Notes: generated by a model not told the origin, from the letters alone. Positions 1 through 12,825 are shown, counted from the stretch's first letter. The stretch is 24,582 nt of DNA from Ginkgo biloba (GCA_024626585.2 JANKJI020000002.1:29289941-29314522); one strand, 5' to 3'. Numbers and translations are program-made.

Positions 1-58
1 ATGGACATGTCCTTTATTTATTAGAATATTATCTCCTAAAATTAGTCTTATGGACAAC

Positions 59-1302
59 TAACACAACCACCCAATTGTAACTATAGAAAATATCGGATGA
101 CATTTCTTGGATCCCAAGGACTCTAAGTTATTCTCCTTATCTAGATTGACCATAAAATTGGTTCAATATGAAAATACACAATCATATAGAAGTTGAGAAA
201 TGAAAGATATAAAATTTATTATATTACCATAGATTTTTGTCTTTACAGATTACAATGCTTCATAGATTTGGAATACATAACCCATTATTTCCAAGGGTAT
301 TTACAACATTAAAAATTTATACAAAATTCCCTCCTTAGAGGTTTTCTACAAGTTTATGCACTGGGTCACCTCATGTCAATGCCTAACATAAATAATGATA
401 GTTCATGCTTCATAAGTAAAAATTTAACTCCACTGCAAACTTCTTGTCTCCATCTCGATTACATGTTTCTTTATTTCAATCCTTTCCTATATTAAAAAAT
501 CTTCTATTTTTCACTGTGTTGCCTCTCGGTCGACGAATCTATGCTAGTGTCTCTTTCTCTCCTTATCTCTCCTTTTCTCAAGATCTCCCTTAAGTTCTTA
601 GATACATCACTCTCCCCTTCACTTTTTCACTCTCCTTGTATCCTTTATACTCTTCTCTATGCTTCTTCACCTCCTTTTGATACATTATGAAGATGCCTCA
701 TGGTTGGCGATCTTCTTGCATTCCCCCTTCTCTTACACTATGACTACCTCAAGGTCAATGTTCTATCACCTTTCTCCTTCTTTGATAATTATTCCTCTTC
801 TAATTCCTCCCTTTATGTCTCCTCCTTATTCTCATCACTTCCCTCTCTTGTACTCTTTTTCTTCTGTGCCTTTGCTCCTCTCTTTCCCCCTCTCCTCTCC
901 TTTACTCCNNNNNNNNNNNNNNNNNNNNNNNNNNNNNNNNNNNNNNNNNNNNTTGACTCCAATTTTTTGGTTGGTGAGTCTCATTATGTATTTCTAGAAA
1001 CTCTTCACCATTAATACACTATAATATATCTATTATTTTCTATATGCCTTATCCTTTTGTCTCTCCTTAATGCTTATAGAGTACATTATGTATTGTTAGA
1101 GATATAATAGATTATCCTCATATTAATATGTATTCAAATACCTTTCATTAATGAGATAAGGTATTTGTATCTTCTTTTGATCTCCACTCAATCTTGTATG
1201 AGTGACATCATTTGGATGTGACTTACTGTTGTTGATCTGGTATATAACTCTANNNNNNNNNNNNNNNNNNNNNNNNNNNNNNNNNNNNNNNNNNNNNNNN
1301 NN
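59..1302 (-). repeat. LTR copy A (probable 3' LTR) of a CRM-like Ty3/gypsy element
   Basis: 59-~820 aligns colinearly with 3577-4331 (shared blocks such as GGAATACATAACCCATTATT and CATGTTTCTTTATTTCAATCCTT). The end TAACACAACCACCCAAT corresponds to TGATGTAGCCACCCAAT with transition changes. The right boundary is inferred from the PPT-like motif at 1303. Confidence 0.7.
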
Positions 1303-1311
1303 GACTCCCCA
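1303..1311 (-). other. Putative polypurine tract preceding the 3' LTR
   Basis: The minus strand reads GGGGAGTC immediately before the N run. This resembles the GGGGAG-NN-TGATG PPT/LTR junction of CRM elements. The expected TGATG would lie in the Ns. Confidence 0.4.
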
Positions 1312-2093
1312 TTGATCCATATCTTTCCATTATAACATGTTCCATGCAAAAACTCCAAAATATGATCCTTGAGTATCTCCTTTAAAGTCTCTGAATCTAA
1401 GTCCTTCTCTTCACTAGAGTTCACTTCTCCATTCAAGTTTGTAGGGTGTGAACAAACTAAGTGTCCACCTCTTCCTCCTCGATCTTTGAACTTTAAAATT
1501 TTTATTTTTCCTTGTCTTTTGTGTCAAGCATGTGAATTGGGCCCCTCCACTTTGGGNNNNNNNNNNNNNNNATATCCATAGGTTTCTAATGACCACATGA
1601 AATCCCTAATGTCGGATAGACTTTCTTCATTCCGCATGGATGTAACAGTCTCCATTAAATATTCCCTACTCTTTATTATGGTTCCATGCCTACTTAACAA
1701 TCTTGACATTTTCTCTCTCCTCTCTATATTATTCCCATTAGGACTTTTTTCATTAATACTTTCCATCGCATGCATACTTCATCCACTTGACATCTCTTGA
1801 ATGCCAAAAATATGATAACAAGGGTCAAACGTGAGGTCCCCTTGTTAATTTCTTTATAATATTCACTCAAGTTTGTTGGTTATGAATAACTCACAAGCTC
1901 TCACATTTCCTTCTAAAACCCAATTTTCAATCAATGCTTCTCACATAATTCTATGGGCATGATGCCTTCACTTAATTTCTTTAGATTCCTGGTTTGATTC
2001 TGTGGGACATCCACCAAAAACTTATTAATAAAACTTCTGGCCTCTAGAATCCTAAAATTCTAAAAACTCATTCCTCTTCCAAAATATTGAAAA
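1303..2093 (-). pseudogene. Degenerate, unassigned reading frame in the retroelement internal region
   Basis: Track ORFs 1524-1775 and 1188-1436 share one frame, which extends to ~2093 with scattered stops. A PKWRGP (GPY/F-like) motif occurs in another frame near 1555. No domain is clearly recognised. Confidence 0.3.
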
Positions 2094-2324
2094 AANNNNN
2101 NNNNNNNNNNNNNNNNNNNNNNNNNNNNNNNNNNNNNNNNNNNNNNNNNNNNNNNNNNNNNNNNNNNNNNNNNNNNNNNNNNNNNNNNNNNNNNNCCAAC
2201 AACATCCCATGAGCCATTAATTTCTTTCAATTCTATGTTATCACATGCTAAGTCTTTAATTATTCTCCTTGGGATAAATTTTCTCTTGAATCCTCCCATC
2301 TTGCCTTGTCATTGTATCTTATTG

Positions 2325-3120
2325 GGCACTCGAATGCTTAGTAGCCTTCCATGCCACACTTAAAATAAATTGTTTGCCTCTTATATGCATTGAATTCTCT
2401 TCTAGTTCCTTGTCCTATTTAGGGAGCATATCTACCTCAACTTATTTCTCATTGAGAATTGACCTATCCTCTTGGTCTCAATGGTACATCATGCCCATGC
2501 CTTATGAATTTCTCACTCCTTGAGCTACCTTAACCATTCTAGATTATTGTTCCTCTTCTCCACTTTGGGACTAAATATTGTGTACCTATATTAATTGGTT
2601 TCTTCCTCGTATTTCTACCCAATTTCTCTTTTTCTTTTAGCACTAGTTGATAATCTTCTTCTACTTTCCACATGTGATGCATAGAAATCTCATTTTAAAT
2701 GGGAAAACTCAATCCATTGACATACCTTGCTTTCAACTATTCTTTACTTTCATCATGTCTTATATGGATGGATAATTTATATAATTCATCAATGTACAAG
2801 GGTACATTCTTGTCCCTCTATCTTAGGTTCTAAAATTCTTATAATAGTCTCTGACCATAATCCACTGGTAGGAATTTCCCTTTAAGTTTAATAGTCATCA
2901 TTTTCCATGTACAAATCTTCTCCTTACCTTTATGTGATCTCTTTTTTTGCATATACTCCCACCATATATATGCATGTCCCTTTAGTACAGTGCAAGTGAA
3001 ATTTACTTTTTTGGGGTATTCTATCTCCTCCCAATCAAAGTACTTTTCTATCTCTCCTACCTAGTCCAACAAATCTTCTAGATTTAAGATCCCTCCAAAG
3101 CTCAGAACTTCCATCCTTGC
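2325..3120 (-). pseudogene. gag: Ty3/gypsy CRM-clade gag (capsid plus degenerate CCHC knuckle), disrupted
   Basis: Manual translation gives MEVLSFGGILNLEDLLD*VGEIEKYFDWEEIEYPKKVNFTCTVLKGHAYIWWEY...GKEKICTWKMMTIKLKGKFLPVDY...ARYVNGL, then YFKCGMEGY*AFECP at ~2325-2367. These match CRM gag motifs. Stops and frameshifts are present. Confidence 0.9.
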
Positions 3121-3447
3121 TCCAATTTGATTGCTCCTTAATAATTTCACTAACAATCCCTCTAGGTATAAGTCTAATTTTTATTGTTCCTATTCCTCTA
3201 GTTCTAATTCATCATCACCTTCAGGTCTTCATCTCTGCAACTTATTCTCTAGCTCTTTAACTCATCTCATTAGAGATTTAACAATCTGATTGATTATTAT
3301 TCCTCATCTAGCCACTCCTTTTTCCATTCTTGGTCTTCTTATCACACTTACTACTCTCATTTAAGGTTTTTCCAATGATCTCTAACATGCCCTTACAACT
3401 ACCCATAATTCCTTAGTCTAACAATACTTTCCAACAAGTTATTTCTC

Positions 3448-3459
3448 ATTATGATACCA
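3448..3459 (-). promoter_or_regulatory. Second, degenerate tRNA-iMet primer binding site
   Basis: Minus strand TGGTATCATAAT matches TGGTATCAGAGC at 9/12 and lies 2 nt after an LTR-end-like GTGTTATCA. Confidence 0.5.
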
Positions 3460-3562
3460 GATGATAACACTACGACCAATGTTTGGAATTTGCAATTCTT
3501 TCTCCAATAATTTTTTGCTAGCTCCTTCACTACAACAACTTATATAATAATTTATTTCCAAG

Positions 3563-3574
3563 GCTCTAATACCA
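3563..3574 (-). promoter_or_regulatory. tRNA-iMet primer binding site (PBS)
   Basis: Minus strand TGGTATTAGAGC matches TGGTATCAGAGC at 11/12 and lies 2 nt from the LTR end ...CATCA. Confidence 0.85.
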
Positions 3575-3576
3575 AA

Positions 3577-4331
3577 TGATGTAGCCACCCAATATTAACT
3601 ACAAAAAATACTGGATGACTCCATCGAGATCCCAGGCACTCTAATCTCTTCTCCTTATCTAACTCAACAACAAAAATGATTCAATGCAAAAATACACAAG
3701 CATACAAAAGCTAATAAATTAAATATATAAACTTTATTATATTACAATGGCTTATTTATTTACAGATTATAGAGATTCATATATTTGGAATACATAACCC
3801 ATTATTCCCATGGGTATTTATAGCATTAAATATTCATAAAAAATTCCCTCATTGGATGTTTTCTACAATATTATACACTAGTTTACTTCATGTCGGTGCC
3901 TAAAATAAACAATAATAGTTCGCACTTTGTAAGAAAAACTTTCACTCCACTAAAAAATGCTTGTCTCTTTCTCGATCGCATGTTTCTTTATTTCAATCCT
4001 TACCTATAGTTAGTAAACTTCACTTCAGCATTATTTTTCCTCTTAGTTGGAAAATTTACACTAGTATCTCCTTCTCCCTTTACCACTCCTTTACTCAAGA
4101 TCTCCCTTGAGCTCCTATATTTGTCGCTCTCCCATTCTCTTATATGATCTCCTCATAACCTATACTCTTCTCTACACTTATTTTCCTCCTTTCAATCATT
4201 TTAAAGTTGCCTCATGGTCAGCGGTCTTCTTACATTCCTCCTTCTCTTTCACTATGACTACTTCAAGGACATCATTCTATAACCTTTCTCCTTCTTTTCT
4301 CCGTCTTCCTCTTCTACTCCATCCCCTTATG
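3577..4331 (-). repeat. LTR copy B (5' LTR), truncated by a gap
   Basis: Starts TGATG on the plus strand next to the PBS and is homologous to 59-~820. Confidence 0.85.
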
Positions 4332-5029
4332 NNNNNNNNNNNNNNNNNNNNNNNNNNNNNNNNNNNNNNNNNNNNNNNNNNNNNNNNNNNNNNNNNNNNN
4401 NNNNNNNNNNNNNNNNNNNNNNNNNNNNNNNCCAAATGATGTTGGTTGTCATAGGATAAGAAGTCCAAAAATAGTTATTTTGCCTTACCTAGATAGGTCA
4501 AAATGATGTCACTTAATTTCTAAGGCAATAAGTTCCATTTCAACCAAATTTTGATGTCTCCATTAATGTAGACTCATTGTAATGCAAAACACATTAAATT
4601 AAAATACAAAATAGATATTATATTGCTCTATTTTGATCACTGGTTAACATTCATTCTTGAAGTGACATTATTCATTAGAAAGAAATCACTTGAAAAATAA
4701 CTGGTTCCATACATCATCTGACATATGCTTTTGACTTGAATTGAGATCCTAATCTACTTTAACTAGAAGACTAGTTCTTCAATCCATTTGGCATTATATT
4801 GAATACTTTTAATTTTCATTATATTTTTATTATTGTATTTATCTGTTATTCATTAAGTACTTATTAATCAAGGGTCATTACAAAATCAAACATTTTATCA
4901 ACCATGCCTTTCTTCACTTGATGACATGAATAAATTGTTGCAAATAGGGGATCGATTTTATATGTTCTACTAATATCCAGTTTAGATTGTGTTTTAAGGT
5001 GTTGAAATGGTTCATGATATGAATGGATG

Positions 5030-5713
5030 ATTGTTTCCTACCCCAAAAAATAATTATGTTAATACTTTACTACTAATTACCCACTATAGTGTAAATTTTC
5101 TTAGCATAGGTGGAATAGTTCTATATAACTCCAATAATTATTTCTTAATGACATGCAACTAATTTTTCTTATTACTTCAAAACCACCCTTATTTCATAAC
5201 CTAATGCATTAAGCTAAATTTCAAAATCTAGTTGAATATTAAAAATGCCAATAGTGGAGCATTTCTAACCCTCCTAAAGGCTTCCTTCTACATACCATTT
5301 CACACATTGGAAACAAAACTTGTTGTTAAGGAATTGAGTGGGTAGGCTATATCAAAATAGCTTTGTATAATGTCTTAGAAGTAATTAGTAAGGCCAATGA
5401 AACTTCTTAAATAAAACAATTTCTTTCAAGATGGCCACTTCAATATGATTTTAGTGTTACTTCAGGCAATATATAGTGTGAATATGTTGATTATTGGGAT
5501 AATATGTTTTATAAAGTTCCTCATAGTCTCTCTTATTTCCTAAGATAGATTATTCTAGGCTTGGCCAAGTTTCTTCGATAAGAAGCAGGGGAAATTGGCT
5601 TTGGATGATTTCTAAGAAGAGATCCCCATCGAATTCCTTATCCTCGTCATAAGGATATTGTTCTTTCCTTTATTGACTATATTGATTGCATTATGATTGA
5701 GCCTTATGTGTGA
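5030..5713 (+). pseudogene. Possible decayed LINE 3' end (RNase H-like plus further coding relic)
   Basis: SIGGIVLYNSN (~5103-5135) resembles the LINE RNase H GxGGxxRDxxG motif. One frame at ~5245-5713 has only deamination-type stops (WSISNPPKGF...EYVDYWDNMFYK...). An A8 tract lies at 6013. Confidence 0.25.
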
Positions 5714-7564
5714 AGTTGCTTTATTCTTAAATGACTTTCACTTTATTTTTCCTCTTAATTAATGTGGAGAGAATCCATAAAACGAGTATTTATTTCATTG
5801 CATTTTCTTAGATCACAACTAGATTGAGTAGATTATTGCAGGTTGGAACTAAAACCTTATGATCTATTGATCTTATTGATCTTGCTTGTGTGCCTCTATG
5901 ATTTCCTATTATTGTAATATCCTTCTCTTAAAGTTCATCTTATCTTCTTCAACTACATTTTGGCAACCCCTCCCTATGGTTCATTGTCTTATGTTATTTA
6001 CATCATTATATGCAAAAAAATTGTTGGTATTTAATTGATTTGTGCATCCATTTGTGACAAATGTGTTGAATGTATTTTTACTAAAGTGGATTTCAACCTT
6101 CAAAATATCACCTCAAAATTTCTAGACTAATTAAATATTGAGTTCATAACATATATCATCTCATTGCCAACATATTTCAAACAAAGTATAGATACTTGAC
6201 TACAAAACTACGATAAAACTACCCAAAAATAACTTCAAATGTAGAAACCAAGATGGATTCAATTTCTATTAGAGTTATTTATCTCACGTCCAATGAGCGT
6301 AAAGCTTTGATATCAAGTGAAATGCATCATTAGATGGTTGATCAAATACTATTGTGTGTATTGTCTTCTTATGAGGTTAGAGTTAGTAAGTATAAGCATC
6401 CTTATCTATGCATACAAATGGAGAACATAACTACAAATTGACTATAAAAGGTAAACAAACTAATCACATTTTATTTTATTAGTAGTTTATACTATGAAAA
6501 AACACCATACATGGAGTAATAAATAGAGGTTGTAATCTTGACTAGTAGTTGAATGTCCAACTACATTCACAAGGAATACGACCCAAATAGTGGTGACTTA
6601 GGCCTTCTACTTATAACAACTTGTTTGGCCCATGACCTGTCAACATGACAAAGCACCAGAAATACATATAAAATGGATAGTAAACATTTTGTATATGACT
6701 ACTTATCGAGTAAACCACAACCACTAATACAATTAATAAATTCCATGGCTTGTACTCATTTAACACTATGATTTAGCCCAGTTGGATAGGGTAAAGAAAG
6801 TGACTAAAATACTCTTCTTAGTCATATCACCCATTTTGAATCTAAAATTTTAAGGTGCTTAAAAATAATCCCAATTTGAAATTATTTTATTAATAATCAA
6901 AATAGTTATTTTAACCATTTTGGTGAGATGCACCACTACAGATCAAAATTGGTGCTCTTGATAGATAACTAGATTTAGGAAATCACCACCTTGAAGGTAA
7001 GTGTCCATAAATATTTTAGTAGTTTGTCCTCCTTAAAGGCTTCATTTTTTTTCCTTCGACCTAAGCCTAACTCACTAAAAAATTATGNNNNNNNNNNNNN
7101 NNNNNNNNNNNAATTTGCATTACCAAGTATTAATTATACAACAATTTCCCTACATATCAAAGACAACCATAAGACTTCTCCATGTTTCCTTCACTACTAT
7201 GCATTTTTACCAAATATGCTAAAAATCATATGATTCATTCAAAAATATTGTGTGAATGGTCAATGCTAAGTTGTTCTAGAGGTACTAGGGACTTGGCACT
7301 TGATTGACTTATGTAAAAATCTCTAGTGTGCCACATTGTTTTTATCAAGTAGTGTTTCCACCAAATCTATTATCACATAGTTCCTAATTTATGTTCCTTA
7401 TTGGAGTACAATTATAAGACTCCTTAAAATATTATTTAGATAAAAATATAGTTCCCTTTCTTCTAAATATAACATTTTGTCTCTTTTAAGTTTGTTTCCA
7501 ACTCCAAAAGGTAATACAAATCTAATGTAGACGCACAATATTATCCCACCATAACCCGGGTGAA

Positions 7565-7798
7565 TGTTATGCCTAGGAACGTTAAATTGCTTGCACAAGA
7601 AACAACAAGGAGAGAGAAATATGCCAGCACTAATACATGTAATAACGCATACACTAAGACACTTGGAGAATGGAAACTTCTATATTATTAATTTCCATAA
7701 TGGGCATTACAGATACAATATATAGAATTACACAATTTTAAACAATGCCCTTTCCATAGGCTACCACACACTGGATATCTACTTAGTTACTTCAACTC
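7565..7798 (-). repeat. LTR-like fragment, truncated by a gap
   Basis: Starts TGTTATGCC and has the AC-rich texture (TATATTATT...ATTACA) of a reverse-oriented LTR end. No partner copy or PBS was found. Confidence 0.3.
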
Positions 7799-7898
7799 NN
7801 NNNNNNNNNNNNNNNNNNNNNNNNNNNNNNNNNNNNNNNNNNNNNNNNNNNNNNNNNNNNNNNNNNNNNNNNNNNNNNNNNNNNNNNNNNNNNNNNNN

Positions 7899-9380
7899 AA
7901 TTAAGTCCTTTTATAATATATCATATGACTTCTCCATGTCGATTTGAAAAAACTTTGACCTATTCCATAATTTTGGTTAAATTAGGGGCTTCCATAACTA
8001 ATATTATATTATCCACAATATTTTTTCATTTAATAAATAATGGCTGAGATTAGAAACTAAGTATTCCATTATGTGGGAGATCCTCTTCATAATCATGTTG
8101 CTTTAATTTTATAAGAAATGTTGAAAAACATATGGAACTCCACTTAAAAATATTATCACCACCTTGGCATTCCACAATAAGAGACCAAGGTAGCATTGTT
8201 CTTACAAACTCCAAAACTAGTTTAAGTTGTAAAGGAAAAATTCTACCAAANNNNNNNNNNCATTGTAAAATTGTACTAGGAAAATATATGATCTAGGTGA
8301 TTTGTTATTACCCATAGTATTAAGAGATCTCCATGTCTCATCAATAGAAGACTCCTATTCCAAGATTTTATTTAATTCCATATCTAAATGTAACGAGTGT
8401 TATGGTAAAGGTTGATATGATCTAATCCATATCTTTTAACTAAGAAGCCAAATATTTAAGAATAAATATTCTACCAACATTTATTTCACCTTGATTAGTC
8501 AAGATCCCATCATCATCTCTTTGGATCCATTTTAAAGAACTTTTGACCCTTTAAGCTTTTGCCATTAGTGAGAGAACTTGGTGCTTTAATTGTCCCCCAA
8601 TTTCCATTCAAAATTTCCTTTAATGTTTTGAGCTTTTGCAATTCCTCTTAATTCATGTTATAGAATTGAGTTCTTGTAGGAAGATTTCATATGAAGTGCC
8701 TCTTTCCATTACCACTAACATTATTTTTTGTAAATGGATAGCATTTTATAATTTGATTTAATATCCTATTTTCCCATTATATTTCACCTTCTCTTTCATA
8801 TGCGTAATGGCCACAACCCAACTTTGGTGGGGTGATATTACCTTTGAAGCTATCATATTATCTCATCTAACCAATATTGAAGATGGTAGATGTACGCATT
8901 GTTGTTTAATAAACAAACATTGAGTTTGAAAAGGGATACTATTAATTCCTTCTTGGAGTAAGTTTGTTGAAACACATCAAGAGGAATTAGCATATGATAA
9001 AAAAATCTTGCTAGAATAGATTTACATACAACTAATTTGCATCTCGTCTAACACTCTTTGAAATAGAAATTATGTCTAATCTTCCCATACAATATCTACC
9101 CCTATCTCTTGTTTGACCAAAATATTCATGCTCAATGAAATGTTTTCATTGTCTTGTTTACAACCATCCATGATATAAATTTGTTGCTATGAAGAAGTGA
9201 AACACTATCCCACATTATGCCTCTTTTGTGAATTACCATTGACGAATAGAATGTCTCCTAAACTAAAACCTATCTTCCACATGTGTAAAATTCCTCTCTA
9301 TATGTTGGTCTTTGTCCATAATACAAACAATACAACTTGTATATAGGGCAATATTGAGCCTACTTTCAAACCATCTACAG
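7899..9380 (-). mobile_element. L1-type LINE ORF2 relic (endonuclease C-terminus, linker, RT N-terminal part)
   Basis: With frameshifts the minus strand gives WSNKR*G...GRLD (~9070-9120), GDN-STKFSH (~8570-8600), and KRISHIMEYLVS..QPLFIK*KNIVDNIILVME...IDMEKSYD (~7920-8090). The last matches the LINE RT QxxFIxGRxIxDN...KLDxEKAYD. Confidence 0.85.
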
Positions 9381-9779
9381 TGGTCAAAGGATCCAAGGGG
9401 TNNNNNNNNNNNNNNNNNNNNNNNNNNNNNNNNNNNNNNNNNNNNNNNNNNNNNNNNNNNNNNNNNNNNNNNNNNNNNNNNNNNNNNNNNNNNNNNNNNN
9501 NAAAAAAGGGATCCAGAGTTGGGTGGAAACCCAACACCAATTTCTCCAGTTTTGCGTTCAGGATGTGACCCCACTAAGAACCATCTTAGGGGAAGTCATA
9601 CAAAGGATTAAGGATTTTACCTTCCCAAGGGAGCTAAAGACATGCCACCTAGACCAAGTACAAGAAGAAAATACCATGCCACCATTTCCTGATCACTTAT
9701 TACAAGAGACAATCAAGATAAGGGAAATCCATGAGGTAAAACCTTATGATGATCTTAGCCACTCAGACCAACAATCTTA

Positions 9780-10570
9780 TAAAAGAAGAATTCTACACCT
9801 AGAGGAGAAAGATCCAGGGAGAACCATCGATATTGGCAACTATTAGGATGAAGAGACAATAACCATGGCGTATGATCTCTTTTAAGAGTAATTTGACCTC
9901 TTCGCTTGGACATACAAAAAATTAAAAGGTATCCCATCTGAGATAGGGTAACTTTGGATTGATCTAGAATATGTTACAAAATTGATGAGGCAACAAACTT
10001 ACCATATGAATTCAAAATACAAGAAAACAATAAGAGAATAAATCAACAAATTACTAGATTTGGGATGCATCTATCGAGTAGAACAAAGTGAATGGGTTTC
10101 ACCCATTATCATTGCAAATAAGAAGAATGGGAAGATGCAGATATATATGGATTACCAAAAAGTGAATAGTGTGATGAGGAAGGATCCATTTTTGGCACCT
10201 TTCATAGAAGAAGTTTTGGATAATGTGGCCAAGATAAAAATATACTTCTTCACTGATGGATTTTTAGGTTACAAACAAATTTAAATCTATCTAGATGACT
10301 AGTAAAAGCCCAAATTTGCTATAGAATGGGGATCATTTATATATTAAGTCATGCCCTTTGGTTTGACCAATGCAGATGAAACTTTATATATGTCTTTAAG
10401 GACTTTATACATAAATTCCTTGAAATTTATTTGGATGATTGGTTCGTCTTTGACTTCATCCAAAGTCATATCACATATTTATGTGCCATGCTACATCGAT
10501 GTGGAGAGACAAGGATATTTCTCAATTCTAAGAAGTGTCAAATATTAAACCCATTTGAAAAATTCCTTTT
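9780..10570 (+). pseudogene. pol: Ty3/gypsy non-chromovirus (Athila/Tat-related) reverse transcriptase relic
   Basis: DLFAWTYKKLKGIP...KLLDLGCIYRVEQSEWVSPIII..KKNGKMQIYMDY..KDPF..FTDGFLGYKQI..MPFGLTNA..YLDDW (10428-10442)..LNSKKC. Multiple stops and a short deletion after PFGLTNA. Confidence 0.9.
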
Positions 10571-12119
10571 CTTGAGGTGTCATTGCAAACCAATCAATGC
10601 CACATTATATTGTTTCACTAACCATTTATCTAACACCTTTTTTTCCAATAAACACTATACTTGTTTATCTTTATTTTTCCAATTAATCCATGTCTTCCAT
10701 CAATTATTTTATTACTTCATCCTTCACTCCTTATCCATTAATAAGTTACCTATTAATTTATAATTGTTGAGAAAGAATTTAATACCATCATGGTCAATTA
10801 TGTGCACAATTGATATTTGGAAAAGTTGTGTGTAACTCAAGATCAAAGAAAATTGTTGAGAATGTTAGATATCTTGTAGGAGAAGTATATGAAATATTTT
10901 ATAGAGCATAAGCAACCTTTCATATGTTTTTCTATGAGAGAAGTCATTTTAATTTAAGATATTATGTCAATAACGATGACAAGTGAAAATGTCAAAAGCA
11001 ATTGACTAAGTACTTAGCAAAGTACTATGTTAATGAACATCTTCTTAAAAGGGTAAGATTTCCAAACTATGTTCATATAAGTGGTCTAATTTTTGTAAGG
11101 TTGNNNNNNNNNNNNNNNNNNNNNNNNNNNNNNNNNNNNNNNNNNNNNNNNNNNNNNNNNNNNNNNNNNNNNNNNNNNNNNNNNNNNNNNNNNNNNGGGT
11201 TATCCCACATCTTCAAAAAATCATAGCTCTTTGACACAAATGTATCCATCATGTGAAATGAACCATCAACCAATCAAGTCCATTAATGATGCATTCATGA
11301 TAGGAAAGATGGAGAACAACAACCAAAATGAACCACAATAATTGGACAAATGATGACATCTTTAGCACACAAAAGAATATTGTTTACAAAAAGAATAAGA
11401 TAAAATGTAATATAATCTCTTAGAGATCCAAAAATTAATACAAGATATCGATAAAGTTAGTAAAAAATCAAGAAGAGAGACAAAATTGATGGAAAATGTA
11501 TTTAGAGGAAAAGCATAAAGCAAAAGGGGGACAAACAAGAGGATGCAGAGGAAAAGAACTCCTCTAAGCAAGATGAAATCCATGACTTATTAGATTGCAA
11601 TGCAAGAGTGGCACCAAATTTATCAAGGAGAGACAATTATGGAAAGAATATAGAAATCTATCAAATTTGCAATGGGGCATAGTGCATGCCTATGATAAAA
11701 AATCATTGCAAAAGAGTAGGATGAAGAGATGAAAATCATTGCAAGTATAAGGGATTGTACAAAAGAGTAGGATGAATTAGACGATTAGAATCTCACAATT
11801 GGGTTTGTTAGTAAAGGAAATTGGGTATGCACTAAGCTTGATTCAACTCACATAGTAATTAGTAGCATTTAAACTCTTGTCAAATTGCACATGCCAATGC
11901 ATAAGTTCATTCTTGCTTCGTGATTTCAATAAGATGTGCCTCTTGTACCTCATCTAACAAGTGTTGTTACCAAAATATGAATTACCATTAGACCAACAGT
12001 TGATCAAGTGTTACTTGACATTAGAAGATATACAAAGGTAGAGTTGGACATGTACAATTAGTTGTTCCTGTTATCACACATCTTGTATATTCATCATCAA
12101 TTGACTTCAAAATCAAACT

Positions 12120-12480
12120 CGTGCAATAGGAGAATTCTATTGCAAGCTATGAAAGTTGAAGGCACTTTTTCACTTGGAGATTATCTCAGTCACAACTCAA
12201 ATTTTCAATGGTCATCTTAGATATAAATAGATGCTAGGGGTATTTTCTTTGCATGGATGTGAAAAGGAATGGTATTTTCAATGCACATCAACCCACCAAC
12301 TTACTCTAACATTATGTATCAACTCTTTTACAAGTTAAAGAATATATAGATATGCACTTGGGTCATTCTTTTTAGTTGGCAATGCCTTATTTGACAAGGT
12401 CAACATTCTTTGACACGTCAAAGTAATTGCAATAACAATTTTGAGTGGAGAATCCAACACTATTCCTTAGAATAAATAAC
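12120..12480 (+). pseudogene. Possible LINE C-terminal zf-RVT relic
   Basis: FYCKL*KLKA / HFFTWRLSQSQL / GCEKE..YFQC across frameshifts resembles the W..K.P....F.W.L...C..C..E..H.F..C pattern. The similarity is weak. Confidence 0.25.
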
Positions 12481-12825
12481 TGCCAAGCAAAGACGAGATG
12501 AAAAAATTGATAAAGTTTATTATTATTGTTTGGACCTTCCTTGGTTATGACACCTAGCTCTCTAACTCTTTCAAAATCTTAGAATGAATATGAGTGTGTA
12601 TGTTTGGGAATTGAGCACTGAGGACTTTTCTTTCATATGAGCATCAATATAAGACATGTCCATTGATATTTCATAAGCATCTTTAGAGGACCCCTTTCTA
12701 AAGTGGATGCAAAACCATTTTTATACAAATTATCTACAATGGATGGTTTCAACATTACTAGAGGACAGGTCCCTATAACAAACATTGGAAGATTATTGGC
12801 ATGCTTTGTTTGTGTTCCCTATAAC

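Noticed and set aside
601-620. CATCA-CTCTCCCC as an LTR start/PPT junction
   Set aside because: Homology with the second LTR copy continues ~200 bp past it, and that copy reads TGTCG at the same position.
659-1014. Hydrophobic ORFs at 659-997, 700-1014 and 4107-4439
   Set aside because: They arise from CT-rich LTR sequence and include N runs.
12037-12090. GRVGHVQLVVPVITH resembling the RNA polymerase beta' GHIxLxxPV motif
   Set aside because: The match is short with no flanking similarity, so it is probably chance.
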